Assembly (NCBI RefSeq): GCF_027531705.1
Contig: NZ_JAPZSP010000019.1
Span: 1,827 to 65,826, forward strand
Source: Flavobacterium sp.
GTDB lineage: Bacteria; Bacteroidota; Bacteroidia; Flavobacteriales; Flavobacteriaceae
Length of the DNA: 64,000 nucleotides
Direction of reading: 5' to 3'
A program made the translations under genes and the position numbers. Positions 17,946 through 28,195 of this stretch are shown here, one piece after another (position 1 is the first letter of the stretch; each line of letters opens with the position of its first letter). Below the pieces are notes generated by a model. That model did not search any database. It worked only from the letters and a program-made list of their open reading frames with translations, and had not been told where the DNA came from.

Positions 17946-19574
17946 TTATTCCTTAACAAACTTTTGATTTACAACACCATCACTGGTTTCTATTTTCATA
18001 AAATAATTACCATTGTTTAAATTAGAAACATCAATTGTTTTAGTGCCTTTAGCATTAGGTATTACTTTTGCTAATTGTCCCAAAGCATTATAAATATTTA
18101 TGGTTGTAATACTAATAGTTGTATCGATTGTGATACTATCTTTTACGGGATTTGGATAAATTAAAATTTTATTAATAGAAAAATCTTCATTAGATAATGC
18201 ACAATTAAAATCTAGAATATTGCAGTCAGAATTAATTACACAATTAACATAGTTATATTGATTTACTTTATTCAAAACATCTTGATATTCAATAGTATCG
18301 ACACATATATACTGAAGTGTTGGATTATTAGAAAAGTCAAAGGGCCCCCATTCATGATTATAATAATTATTTTTAATGGACAATGATGTTAATTGATTAT
18401 TTGAACAATCTAATCTAGTAATACTCATATTCATAGTATTTAGATTCAAACTTGTAAGCAAATTATTTGAGCAATATAAGCTATATAAAAAACATTTTCC
18501 ATTTAAATCAATATTGGAAATAAAATTATTATTGCAGTAAAGAGTTTTCAGATTATTAACACCATCTAAATTTATGCTAGTAATTTGATTATTATTGCAC
18601 ACCAAATGTTCCATGCTAGATAATCCAGCTAAATTTAAATTTGTTAAATTGTTATTTGAACAATCTAAATTAGTAAGATTAACTAAACCATTAAAATCTA
18701 AGTTTGCTAATTGATTATTACTACACCACAAAAGAAGAAGATTTGTGAGCCCATTCAAATTAATACTAGTTAGTTGATTATTATCGCAATGAAATCTTTT
18801 TAAATTGGTTTGATCCTGAAAATTAATACTTGTAATTTGATTATAACCACAAGATAAATCTGTTAAATTACTTAATCCATTTAAATTTAAACTTTGCAAT
18901 TGATTGCTACCACAACCTAAAGTCTCAAGACTTGATAATCCATTTAAATTTAAATTCGTTAATTGGTTACCACCTATACTTAAAGACTCAAGGCTAGACA
19001 AGCTCGTTAAGTCTATATTTGCAATCATATTATTATAACATTGTAAAGATTTTAATGTATTATTATTACTGCTAAAAGTTAAATTGGTTAATTCACAATT
19101 ATTACAAGATATATTAATCAATGCTGTATTACTGCTTACATCTAAACTAGTTAGTCCAGTTTCATAAAAGCTTAGCGAAGTCAATGCAGTATTATTACTA
19201 ACATCTATACTAGTCAACAATGGAAGTTGATAACAAACTAAACTAGTCAATAAGGGATTGTTACTAATATCTAAACTAGATATTTGAATATTTCCACAAG
19301 CTAATCCAGTCATGTTTGCAAAAAACTCTATACCTGATAAATTAGTAATAGCTGAATTAGAAACGCCTAAGAAACCTATTGCTAACGCTTCACTTTGTTG
19401 AATTTCTCCATCATTGTTACTATCAATAGGAATATAGCTTGTTTGTGTTAAGTTCATAGCACTTACGTCATCTGATACTAAATAAGCTTTAAAATTAGCA
19501 TCAGGAAAGTTGATTATCTGAGCATTTGCAAAAAGACTAAAAAGTAAAGCTGTAAGAAGAAGAATTTTTTTCAT
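17946..19574 (-). CDS. T9SS-secreted leucine-rich-repeat surface protein (mostly 21-aa LRRs)
   Basis: INFPDANFK cap, repeats such as LTNLNLNGLSSLETLGCGSNQ, CTD IYPNPVKD...GNYFMKI. Confidence 0.9.
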   Translation of the reverse strand: MKKILLLTALLFSLFANAQIINFPDANFKAYLVSDDVSAMNLTQTSYIPIDSNNDGEIQQSEALAIGFLGVSNSAITNLSGIEFFANMTGLACGNIQISSLDISNNPLLTSLVCYQLPLLTSIDVSNNTALTSLSFYETGLTSLDVSSNTALINISCNNCELTNLTFSSNNNTLKSLQCYNNMIANIDLTSLSSLESLSIGGNQLTNLNLNGLSSLETLGCGSNQLQSLNLNGLSNLTDLSCGYNQITSINFQDQTNLKRFHCDNNQLTSINLNGLTNLLLLWCSNNQLANLDFNGLVNLTNLDCSNNNLTNLNLAGLSSMEHLVCNNNQITSINLDGVNNLKTLYCNNNFISNIDLNGKCFLYSLYCSNNLLTSLNLNTMNMSITRLDCSNNQLTSLSIKNNYYNHEWGPFDFSNNPTLQYICVDTIEYQDVLNKVNQYNYVNCVINSDCNILDFNCALSNEDFSINKILIYPNPVKDSITIDTTISITTINIYNALGQLAKVIPNAKGTKTIDVSNLNNGNYFMKIETSDGVVNQKFVKE

Positions 19575-19578
19575 GATA

Positions 19579-21237
19579 TTATATTTTTATAAACTTTTGA
19601 TTAACAACACCATCACTGGTTTCTATTTTCATAAAGTAATTACCATTGTTTAAACTAGCAACATCAATTGTTTTAGTGTCTTTAGCATTAGCGATTGTTT
19701 TAACTAATTGCCCCAAGGAATTATAAATATTTATAGTTGTCATACCTATCGTTGTATCGATTGTGATACTATCTTTTACAGGATTTGGAGATATTGAAAA
19801 GGCTTCTGCTACGTTGAAATTTTGATTTGATAAAGCGCAATTTGAATCAACAACACAATTTGTATAGCCATACAAAGTAACTAAATTTTGAACATTTGCC
19901 AATTGACTTGAATCGGCACAGATATATTGCAAGTTTGGGTTGCCTTGAAAAGATAAAATTTCTGTAATACCATTTTTAATTAACAAACTAGTTAATAGAT
20001 TATTACTACAAAATAAATAAGCTAATGAAGTATTGTTAATTAGATTTAAGTTTGTTAATTGATTATCAGAACAAGATAAAACGCCTAAAACAGCATTATT
20101 AATCAGATTTAAAGTTGTTAGTTGATTAAAACCACAGTTTAAATTAGATAATAATACATTGTTAACTAAACTTAAACTTGTAAGTTGATTAACTTCAATA
20201 TTTAAATAATTTAAACTTGCATTATTGGTTAAATTTAAATTAGTAATAACATTATAACTGCAATCAAGATAATTAAGATTTATGAGGCTATTTATATCAA
20301 TACTTGACAAAAAGTTATGATTACATTTTAATTCATTCAAATTAAATAAGTTGACAAGACTTAAAGATGTAAGTTGATTATTTTCACAAATTAATTTTTT
20401 TAAATTCACCAAATTACTTAAATTTAGATTTACAAGAGGATTAGAATTACACACCAGCTCTTCAAGAGAAGCTATACCATCTATAATTAAATCTACAAAC
20501 TGATTAGCGGTAAGATTTATTTTTTTAATAGCAGTTAACCCAGTTGTGTATATATTTGTAATTTGATTATTTTGGCAACTAATCTCTTGAAGACTAGATA
20601 GTCCATCGAAATTTAGACTAGAAAGTTGATTAGAATAACACATTAAAAATTTTAAATTTAATAATCCATTCAAATTTAAAACAGTTAGTAGATTTGATCC
20701 ACAATTTAAAAAAGATAAACTTGACAATCCATTTAAATTCAAATTTGAAATATGATTGTTTTGACAGTCTAAAAAGTTTAAATTAGTTATACCTATTAAG
20801 TTTAAATTTGTCAGTTGATTAGAACGGCATGTTAACTCAGTTAGATTACTTAACCCATTCAAATTTATATTTGATATCTGATTGTTTTCACAACTTAAAA
20901 TTAGTATGCTAGAAAGCCCATTTAAGTCTAAGCTTGTTAAAGAATTATAACCGCATTTTAAATTTATAATATTAGTAAAAGACCTTATTCCCTCTAAACT
21001 ATTAATATTTGAAAACTGAACATTTAAGGCAAAAATATTTAATGATTCAGACAATTGTATTTCGCCATCGTTATTAGTATCAATTTTATTGTACTGATAA
21101 TTTAAATCAATAGCAATTTCATTAGTTGTACTAGCTGCTAATAATTTCGCCTTAAAATTAGCATCAGGAATGTTGATAATCTGAGCATTTGCAAAAAGAC
21201 TTAGAAGTAAAACTGTAAGAAGAAGAATTTTTTTCAT
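19579..21237 (-). CDS. T9SS-secreted LRR surface protein, tandem paralogue
   Basis: Same architecture; near-identical signal peptide and CTD DNA. Confidence 0.9.
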   Translation of the reverse strand: MKKILLLTVLLLSLFANAQIINIPDANFKAKLLAASTTNEIAIDLNYQYNKIDTNNDGEIQLSESLNIFALNVQFSNINSLEGIRSFTNIINLKCGYNSLTSLDLNGLSSILILSCENNQISNINLNGLSNLTELTCRSNQLTNLNLIGITNLNFLDCQNNHISNLNLNGLSSLSFLNCGSNLLTVLNLNGLLNLKFLMCYSNQLSSLNFDGLSSLQEISCQNNQITNIYTTGLTAIKKINLTANQFVDLIIDGIASLEELVCNSNPLVNLNLSNLVNLKKLICENNQLTSLSLVNLFNLNELKCNHNFLSSIDINSLINLNYLDCSYNVITNLNLTNNASLNYLNIEVNQLTSLSLVNNVLLSNLNCGFNQLTTLNLINNAVLGVLSCSDNQLTNLNLINNTSLAYLFCSNNLLTSLLIKNGITEILSFQGNPNLQYICADSSQLANVQNLVTLYGYTNCVVDSNCALSNQNFNVAEAFSISPNPVKDSITIDTTIGMTTINIYNSLGQLVKTIANAKDTKTIDVASLNNGNYFMKIETSDGVVNQKFIKI

Positions 21238-21310
21238 AGCAATTATTTAAAAACAATGTTACTAATATTTATTTTTTACGATGCTATTTCTAGCTTATTT
21301 TTTATCAAAA

Positions 21311-22681
21311 TTAAGGAGTAAATTTTACAAAAGTGTTCACTACTCCGCCCCCGCCTCCGTGATTCCCCTGATAAGAATAGTAACCGCAACCAGTATAAAA
21401 AGAAGTAGAACTATTAAAAGCAAAATCTCCAGAAAAAGTAGCATTTTGTTTTTGCAACCATATATTGGTATTTGGATTATACTCCCAAAAATCAAAAGCC
21501 TTTTGATATGGTTCAGTAAAAGAAGGGTAAGGGTAATTGATAGGAATAATCTCCGCATTACCATATCCAAGTCCAACATAACCTTTTGAGTTTATACAAA
21601 ACCCTTTTGCAGCTCTTCTGCCCGAACTGGTCCAAGTGACATTGGGACGGGAAGCAATAGGCGGCATATCTGCTTTTTGACTCCAAGTAAGCGACAAGGA
21701 ATCAAAATGCCAAAAATCAGATAAAAGAGTATTAGTTGAAGATTGATTACTACCACCTAACCCTGTATATACCTCATTACCAATTGCAAAACCCACAGCA
21801 CCTGCTCGAGCAACTCCGGGAAAATTAGGTAATTGTGTCCAAGAATTAGTTGCTGGGTTAAACCTCCAAAAATCATTTAAAAGTGTTTGATTTGAGCTTC
21901 CACTTGCTCCTAAGCCCACATAACCATAGTCATTAGAACTAAATGAAACACAGCTATTCCTTCCGTTGCCTGGGAAATCAGCTAATTGCGTCCACACATT
22001 TGTTGCCAAATCATATTCCCAAAAATCTTTTAAAAAGTCGAAACCATTATTTACATAATTACTGCCTAGACCAATATAAGCTTTATTGTTTATACTAAAA
22101 GAAATTGCACCACTTCTATAAACCCCAGGAAAAGTTGTAAGGTATGACCAACTATTAGTAGTGAAATCATAAGCCCAAAAGTCGTTAAGATTTCCACCTG
22201 AACTAGTAACAACGTTAAAATCAGAACTGTAATGATAATTAGAACCAAAACCAATACAGCCTTTATTACCTAAAACAAAGCCAATACAACCATATCTAGC
22301 AGCACCATAAGGTAAACCTGTAATTTCTTCCCAATTCCCAATTGAGCTTACTTCAACAAGAATTTCAACAAACTTATTATTAGATGTGGTTGCTTTAATT
22401 TTTGTTATTCCAATAGCTTTAGCGGTTACCAAACCAGAGCTGTTAACTTCAGCAATTGTCTCGTCAGCTGACGACCAAACTACAGTAGAATTAGTAGAAT
22501 TGGTTGGTGTGATAGTAAAGGTAAGTTGTTCCGTTTGATTTATTGTTAACCCTAGTACGGTTTTGTTTACAACAATAGATTCTGTAGGAATAGTTGTTGT
22601 CACATTATTTTCAGTTATTTCATCTTTTGAGCAAGATAACGTTAAAAAAACAACTGCTATTAAAATATTGAATGTTTTCAT
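21311..22681 (-). CDS. Lipoprotein with Ig-like (Big_2) domain and kelch beta-propeller
   Basis: Lipobox LTLSC; TVVWSSADETIAEVNSSGLVTA; repeated GF.IG..GY.G.G and DFWEY units. Confidence 0.85.
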   Translation of the reverse strand: MKTFNILIAVVFLTLSCSKDEITENNVTTTIPTESIVVNKTVLGLTINQTEQLTFTITPTNSTNSTVVWSSADETIAEVNSSGLVTAKAIGITKIKATTSNNKFVEILVEVSSIGNWEEITGLPYGAARYGCIGFVLGNKGCIGFGSNYHYSSDFNVVTSSGGNLNDFWAYDFTTNSWSYLTTFPGVYRSGAISFSINNKAYIGLGSNYVNNGFDFLKDFWEYDLATNVWTQLADFPGNGRNSCVSFSSNDYGYVGLGASGSSNQTLLNDFWRFNPATNSWTQLPNFPGVARAGAVGFAIGNEVYTGLGGSNQSSTNTLLSDFWHFDSLSLTWSQKADMPPIASRPNVTWTSSGRRAAKGFCINSKGYVGLGYGNAEIIPINYPYPSFTEPYQKAFDFWEYNPNTNIWLQKQNATFSGDFAFNSSTSFYTGCGYYSYQGNHGGGGGVVNTFVKFTP

Positions 22682-22744
22682 TTGGAATAAATTTTAATAG
22701 TTTATATTAAAAAAAGAGTTTAATCAAACTATGCAAAAAAACTT

Positions 22745-22752
22745 TATATTTG
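22745..22752 (+). promoter_or_regulatory. -7 promoter element of the main glycan operon
   Basis: TATATTTG matches TAnnTTTG, upstream of the flippase. Confidence 0.55.
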
Positions 22753-22823
22753 CAGGCTTGTATAGGATAGATTGCTTTTCTATAACAAATGTATAGATAA
22801 AATTCAGAGTAAACTACAATAAA

Positions 22824-24047
22824 GTGAGAAAAAAAATTGTTGCCAAATTATTAAGCCATCAATCGCTTTTTGTTATTGTTTTCAGTGCAATTTGTTATTT
22901 TCTTGTAAATGTTTTACTAAAAGAAAAGTTGAGTGATAAAGCATACGGAGAATATTCGATGGTAATCACTTTTTTTTCAATGATTTATATTTATGGTTTA
23001 TCTGGATTAGAACAAGGATTTGCAAAATACTCTCATGTTGTAAAAGAAAATGTCATCGAAACCAATTTGTTTCTTTTTAAATTGGTTATAGGTTCAATAA
23101 TTATAGTAAGCTTTATAAGTTCTATTTTCTTAATTTATTACTATAATTCAATTTCAATTAATTTTTTTTTACTCATAGTTACCTCTGTATGTATGAGTAG
23201 TTTGTTGTTTTTGTATTCAATATTTAGAATAAACTCAAACTTTGTTATTGCTCAATTACTACAAAACGGATTTAAAATCATATTATTTTTTATAGCTCTT
23301 TTGCTTCTAGTTCTAAAAAGATTTTATAAAAATGAAATTATTTTTTTAGTAATGTTGAGTATAATTATTACGTTTATTTTTGGAATATTAAAATTAAAAA
23401 AAATGCGTTTTGTTTTTGTTGATACAACAACAAGAAATACAATTTTAGTTTCAGGTGTTTTCTTTTTGATTGCTACTGCGACTTTTTCAATAATAAACTT
23501 TGCTGACAGATATCTTATAGAGAATAAATTTGGTCTAGCAGTAGTAGGAGATTATTTTTATTTATCTAATATTTTTTTAGCGCCATTTTCTATTTTGCAA
23601 GGATATATAGGGTTTAAAAAACTCGTACATTATAAAAATTCGTTTACAATTGAGAATTTCAAAAAGAACAATAGAACAAATTTAATTTACGGTTTTTTAT
23701 TAAGTATTTTGCTCATTATCTTTTATTTTTTAATAATCGAAATTGGCATAGGAACCTTTGATTTTTTGAAATATAAAACGGTTTTCATATTGTTGCTGCT
23801 ATTAGGAATAGCAAAAATATATTCATCAGGTATTTATCCCGCTTTTGATGTGGTTATAGATGTTAAAAATTTAAAAATAGCTAAAACAACAATTTTAATA
23901 ATATCTTTGTTTATATTACTTATTACTTTTTTTTACGCAAAGACAATTGAAATTATTATTTCAAGTTTAATAATAGTTTGGGTAATAAAAACATTAATAT
24001 TGAGATGGTTTCTAATCAATCAAGAAACAAATAATAATTTTGAATAG
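22824..24047 (+). CDS. wzx: Wzx-type oligosaccharide flippase
   Basis: About 12 TM helices, YGEYS in TM2 region, ADRYLI; first gene of the glycan operon. Confidence 0.7.
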   Translation: MRKKIVAKLLSHQSLFVIVFSAICYFLVNVLLKEKLSDKAYGEYSMVITFFSMIYIYGLSGLEQGFAKYSHVVKENVIETNLFLFKLVIGSIIIVSFISSIFLIYYYNSISINFFLLIVTSVCMSSLLFLYSIFRINSNFVIAQLLQNGFKIILFFIALLLLVLKRFYKNEIIFLVMLSIIITFIFGILKLKKMRFVFVDTTTRNTILVSGVFFLIATATFSIINFADRYLIENKFGLAVVGDYFYLSNIFLAPFSILQGYIGFKKLVHYKNSFTIENFKKNNRTNLIYGFLLSILLIIFYFLIIEIGIGTFDFLKYKTVFILLLLLGIAKIYSSGIYPAFDVVIDVKNLKIAKTTILIISLFILLITFFYAKTIEIIISSLIIVWVIKTLILRWFLINQETNNNFE

Positions 24048-25425
24048 AAAATTAATTTTTATAACATTTTATCTTGGTTTATTCTTTTTTGCTTTTAATT
24101 CTTTTGAAGGATTAAAGTTTTTAGGAGAATTTAAAAACGAAGCGGGTGCATATTTTATTGTTTTTGGATTCTTTTTGATGTTTTTTGAAAAGAAATTTTA
24201 CTTTCCAATAAATAGTCCAATTTTTAAGTTGATAATCCTTTTTTTTGTTTGGTGTTTTATAACAACTATTTTGAACACAAGTGGTGTCTTAAATAGTTAT
24301 TTGAAACATACAACGGGAATAAATAGGTTTATTAGGCAATATATCTCTTTATTTCTTTCAACAATTGTATTCTTTTTATTCTTTTATAATGTTATAAAGA
24401 AAATGTCGTTAGAAGATATTTTTCTAAAAGTTAGACGCGTGTTCTTAATTACTTTAATTTTTGCATTTATATTAGGTTTTTTCGAAACACTTTATACAGT
24501 TTTTGGAATTGGAAAAGCAAAATCAATTATTGAATTATTGAATTATTTTCCTTTTGTTGAAAAGGATATTTTTCTTGACCGTATTTCATCCATTGGTAAT
24601 GAGCCACCAGATTTAGCTCTTTTTTTAATTTCTACATGTAGTTGGATGTTAAGCTATATTTACACTGAAAAGAGTATTGGTAAGTATTTACCAACAATTA
24701 TGATTCTATTTCTGACTTACTATTCAGGTTCTAGAACAGCATTAATAGTTATTTTTATTCAGCTTTCTATTTTCCTTTACATTATCACACCCAAACAACA
24801 ATTCTTTTTAATAGTTCAAAAGGGAGTTTTAATTATCTTTAGTTTATCATTAATACTTGTAATTTTTGAATCCGATAAGGTTTTAAAATCGGTCGAGAAT
24901 AAAATTGAGTCGTTAAACTTCAAAAAGAATTTGACGAAAAACATATCAAATCAATCAAGATTTGGAATTCAATATGCTTCATTACAGGTTTTTAAAGACA
25001 ACCCTATAATTGGCGTTGGTTATGGACAACAATCATTTTATAGTCGCAATTACTATCCAGGTTGGGCAAAAAAAAGGAATTATGAATTTAAAGAGCTTTA
25101 CGAAAATAGCGCAGTAAAATCATTTCCACCAGCATATAATATTTACACAAGAGTTCTTGCCGAAACAGGAATAGTGGGATTTTGTATTTTACTTTATTTT
25201 ATAATTTATGTATTATATTCGCTCAATAAACATCTAAGGATTCATAACAAGGATAATTTTGTATTAATATTAATTTTATATACAACATTATTTGGATTAT
25301 TTTTATATTGGCTTCAAAACGATACATTTAAAATATACGTTTTGTGGTTATCAATAGCAATTTTTATAAAAATTAAACAAGAAAAAATCATAAAAAATCA
25401 TGATACTGAGAAAAATTCAAAATAG
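24040..25425 (+). CDS. Wzy_C family protein (O-antigen polymerase or ligase)
   Basis: Multi-TM; SGSRTA, PIIGVGYGQ, AYNIYTRVLAETGIVG. Confidence 0.75.
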   Translation: MNRKLIFITFYLGLFFFAFNSFEGLKFLGEFKNEAGAYFIVFGFFLMFFEKKFYFPINSPIFKLIILFFVWCFITTILNTSGVLNSYLKHTTGINRFIRQYISLFLSTIVFFLFFYNVIKKMSLEDIFLKVRRVFLITLIFAFILGFFETLYTVFGIGKAKSIIELLNYFPFVEKDIFLDRISSIGNEPPDLALFLISTCSWMLSYIYTEKSIGKYLPTIMILFLTYYSGSRTALIVIFIQLSIFLYIITPKQQFFLIVQKGVLIIFSLSLILVIFESDKVLKSVENKIESLNFKKNLTKNISNQSRFGIQYASLQVFKDNPIIGVGYGQQSFYSRNYYPGWAKKRNYEFKELYENSAVKSFPPAYNIYTRVLAETGIVGFCILLYFIIYVLYSLNKHLRIHNKDNFVLILILYTTLFGLFLYWLQNDTFKIYVLWLSIAIFIKIKQEKIIKNHDTEKNSK

Positions 25426-26125
25426 AATAAATAAAGAAAGAGTTAATCCATCTTTTTTGTCATTTTTTATAAATGATTATTACCTTATTAAAAGTGAAAT
25501 ATATAATCAAATAAAAATTAACTCCAAGTATTTAAATGGATCAACTATGGATTTTGGTTGTGGAACAAAACCATATAAAGAATTTTTTGTTAAAAACAAA
25601 GAGTACATAGGTGTTGATTTGCAGATTGAAGGTTGGGAAGAAAGACAAAAATATGCAGATTGTTTTTATGATGGTAGAACATTACCTTTTAATGAAGAAA
25701 GATTTGATAGTATGCTTTGTACTGAAGTTTTAGAGCATGTATTTAATATTGAAGAATTATTAAGCGAGTTTAATAGAGTTCTTAAAAAAGGAGGAATTGC
25801 ATTAATAACTACTCCTTTTATGTGGGAGGAGCATGAAATGCCATATGATTTTGCTAGATATACAACTCCCGCATTAAACTTTTTATATAAAAAGCATGGT
25901 TTTGAAATAGTTAGCCATTTTAAGTGTGGTAATAACGCTAAAGTTATTTCTCAATTTAGATTGAATTTTATTAAATCCTATCTACCTAAAAATAGAACAA
26001 TAAAACAAATTTTAATGATTCCATTTATTATTTATTTCAACACTAGAGCAACTTTAATAAGTTTATTATTTCCAGGTGATGGAACTATGTATTTCAACAA
26101 TGTTTACTTATTGAAAAAAGCATAA
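25400..26125 (+). CDS. Class I SAM-dependent methyltransferase, putative glycan O-methyltransferase
   Basis: MDFGCGTKPY, LCTEVLEH, H..PYDFARYT. Confidence 0.85.
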   Translation: MILRKIQNRINKERVNPSFLSFFINDYYLIKSEIYNQIKINSKYLNGSTMDFGCGTKPYKEFFVKNKEYIGVDLQIEGWEERQKYADCFYDGRTLPFNEERFDSMLCTEVLEHVFNIEELLSEFNRVLKKGGIALITTPFMWEEHEMPYDFARYTTPALNFLYKKHGFEIVSHFKCGNNAKVISQFRLNFIKSYLPKNRTIKQILMIPFIIYFNTRATLISLLFPGDGTMYFNNVYLLKKA

Positions 26126-26166
26126 TCATTTAAATACAGAGTTTTGAATATTAAATTATAAAAAAC

Positions 26167-26970
26167 ATGAATAAAACTGCACTATTAATTCCACATTATA
26201 ATGAGCCAGATGGGTTAATAAAATCTTTGTCTTCTATAAATTGTGAAGAAAACATAGATGTTTTTATAATAGATGATGGTAGTCAAAAAGAAAAAATTAG
26301 AGAAGAAGAAACTAAACAAGCATTTTGCGCTAATGGAGAAATTTTTTTCGAATATATTGAACAAAATGTTGGACTAGAAAATGCACTAAATGTAGGTCTT
26401 AAAAATATAATAAGTAAAGGAATATATACTTATATTGCTAGACTAGATTGTGGTGATCTTTGTATTGGGAAAAGGTTTAGTATTCAAGAAAAATTTCTTA
26501 ATGAAAATCCTAAAATAATGTTATTAAGCGCAAATGTTATTTGTGTAGACTTACAAGGAAATTTTATTTACAATCTTATTTTCCCCGAAAACAGCAAACA
26601 GATTAGAAAAAAAATGTACTTAAATTCAATGTTTTCTCACCCATGTTCAATGTATAGAGCTGAGGTAATTGACAAAGTTGGATATTATCCAACAAAGTAT
26701 AAAGTAGCTGAAGATTATGAGTTTTTTTTCAAAATAGTTAAAAACTATGAAACAGCAAATCTACAGCAATATCTTTTGAAATATGAGATTAATCCAAATG
26801 GGATTTCATTAAGTAAAAGAAAGATACAGGTTGGGGGTAGGATAAAAATTATTATGGATAATTTTTATTTTGGCTTTTGGCCAATATATGGATTGGTAAG
26901 AAATTGCATTCTTTATTTTATATCTCATTCTTTTTTATTAAAAATTAAAAAAGCACTAAAAAAAGCTTAA
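26167..26970 (+). CDS. GT2 glycosyltransferase
   Basis: LIPHYN, IIDDGS, ARLDCGD, EDYE. Confidence 0.9.
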   Translation: MNKTALLIPHYNEPDGLIKSLSSINCEENIDVFIIDDGSQKEKIREEETKQAFCANGEIFFEYIEQNVGLENALNVGLKNIISKGIYTYIARLDCGDLCIGKRFSIQEKFLNENPKIMLLSANVICVDLQGNFIYNLIFPENSKQIRKKMYLNSMFSHPCSMYRAEVIDKVGYYPTKYKVAEDYEFFFKIVKNYETANLQQYLLKYEINPNGISLSKRKIQVGGRIKIIMDNFYFGFWPIYGLVRNCILYFISHSFLLKIKKALKKA

Positions 26971-26972
26971 AA

Positions 26973-28193
26973 ATGTATTATAAAAATATTTCACTTAAGA
27001 AAATTTATGAAATATCGGTTTTATTATTATTGATTAGCCTTTCCTTTTCTAAGGCTTTTCCTAATTTAATTTTGGGATTAACTCTAATTTTATTTCTGTT
27101 TGATAGAATTAAAAATAAACATCTATTTAGACTAGATGGTGTTCAAATATCAATATTAACAATTATGTTATATTTATTAGTCAAATCATCAATCAATAAC
27201 TCTTTAATGTATGACAGCAGTATTTTATCTCGAATTATTATTATTTTAATTTTACCAATTTTAATTTGTAATATATCAAAGAATAAAATAATTTTTGCTT
27301 TAATAGTATCTGCATTAGTCTCAATAACAATTGCAACGTACAACATCTTTTTTTTTTATTTAAAATATCACTACCTGCCTTTTGAAAGAGGGGAGATAAT
27401 AAATAAATTATTAGTTATTGAAAGACCATACTTAGGTTTTTTTTGTCTAATAGCATTAATATCATGCATATATTTATCTGCAATTAAAGTTAAATACAAA
27501 ACACTATTAATCATATTGTCTCTAGTTTTCACTTTTTTTATTATACTAATTGCAGCAAGATTAGCACTTATTTCAGGATTACTTTTATCTGTTATATATC
27601 TAATTTTTTATACTAAGTACAGACCGTTTAATAAGCTTTTAATATTAAGTATTAGTTTAGTATTAGTTTCAATAGTTGTTATATCAAACAAAAATTTAAG
27701 TACTAGATTGTTGTCTAATCTAACCGCGGAAAAACTTAAATACTATGATGCAAGGATTGATATTTGGGATTGTTCGCTTAGGTTAATAGAGTCCAAAGAG
27801 TTCGACTTTTTTTTCGGCAGTAGAAGTTATCAATATATTGAAAATAGTTTGGTCGAATGTTATAAAACTAAGTTTGATTATGATTTAAAAAAAAGAAGTT
27901 GGTTTGTAGAGTCAAGGTTTAATACTCACAATCAATTTTTAGATTTTTTCCTTATGGCTGGGGTTCTAGGTGCTATATTGTTTTTTTATTTTAATTATTT
28001 AATAATAAAAGAATCAATTTATAATTTTTATTTTTTTTCACTAGTATTATCATTAGTTTTGTTTTTTATTTTCGAAAATGTTTTTCATAGACAACTTGGA
28101 TGCTATCTGATAGCAATAATTATATCAATAATAAAAAAAGATAATACAAAATTAAATTTTCTCAATTATAAGGAAAATAAAGAATTAATTTAA
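26973..28193 (+). CDS. O-antigen ligase-like (Wzy_C) membrane protein
   Basis: Multi-TM; AAR, RIDIWDCS, FNTHNQFLD. Confidence 0.75.
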   Translation: MYYKNISLKKIYEISVLLLLISLSFSKAFPNLILGLTLILFLFDRIKNKHLFRLDGVQISILTIMLYLLVKSSINNSLMYDSSILSRIIIILILPILICNISKNKIIFALIVSALVSITIATYNIFFFYLKYHYLPFERGEIINKLLVIERPYLGFFCLIALISCIYLSAIKVKYKTLLIILSLVFTFFIILIAARLALISGLLLSVIYLIFYTKYRPFNKLLILSISLVLVSIVVISNKNLSTRLLSNLTAEKLKYYDARIDIWDCSLRLIESKEFDFFFGSRSYQYIENSLVECYKTKFDYDLKKRSWFVESRFNTHNQFLDFFLMAGVLGAILFFYFNYLIIKESIYNFYFFSLVLSLVLFFIFENVFHRQLGCYLIAIIISIIKKDNTKLNFLNYKENKELI

Positions 28194-28195
28194 AA

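Noticed and set aside
22753-22823. ops/JUMPstart-type antitermination element or invertible promoter ahead of the glycan operon
   Set aside because: No GGCGGTAG-like ops sequence, no flanking inverted repeats around the promoter, and no UpxY/RfaH or recombinase gene in the window.
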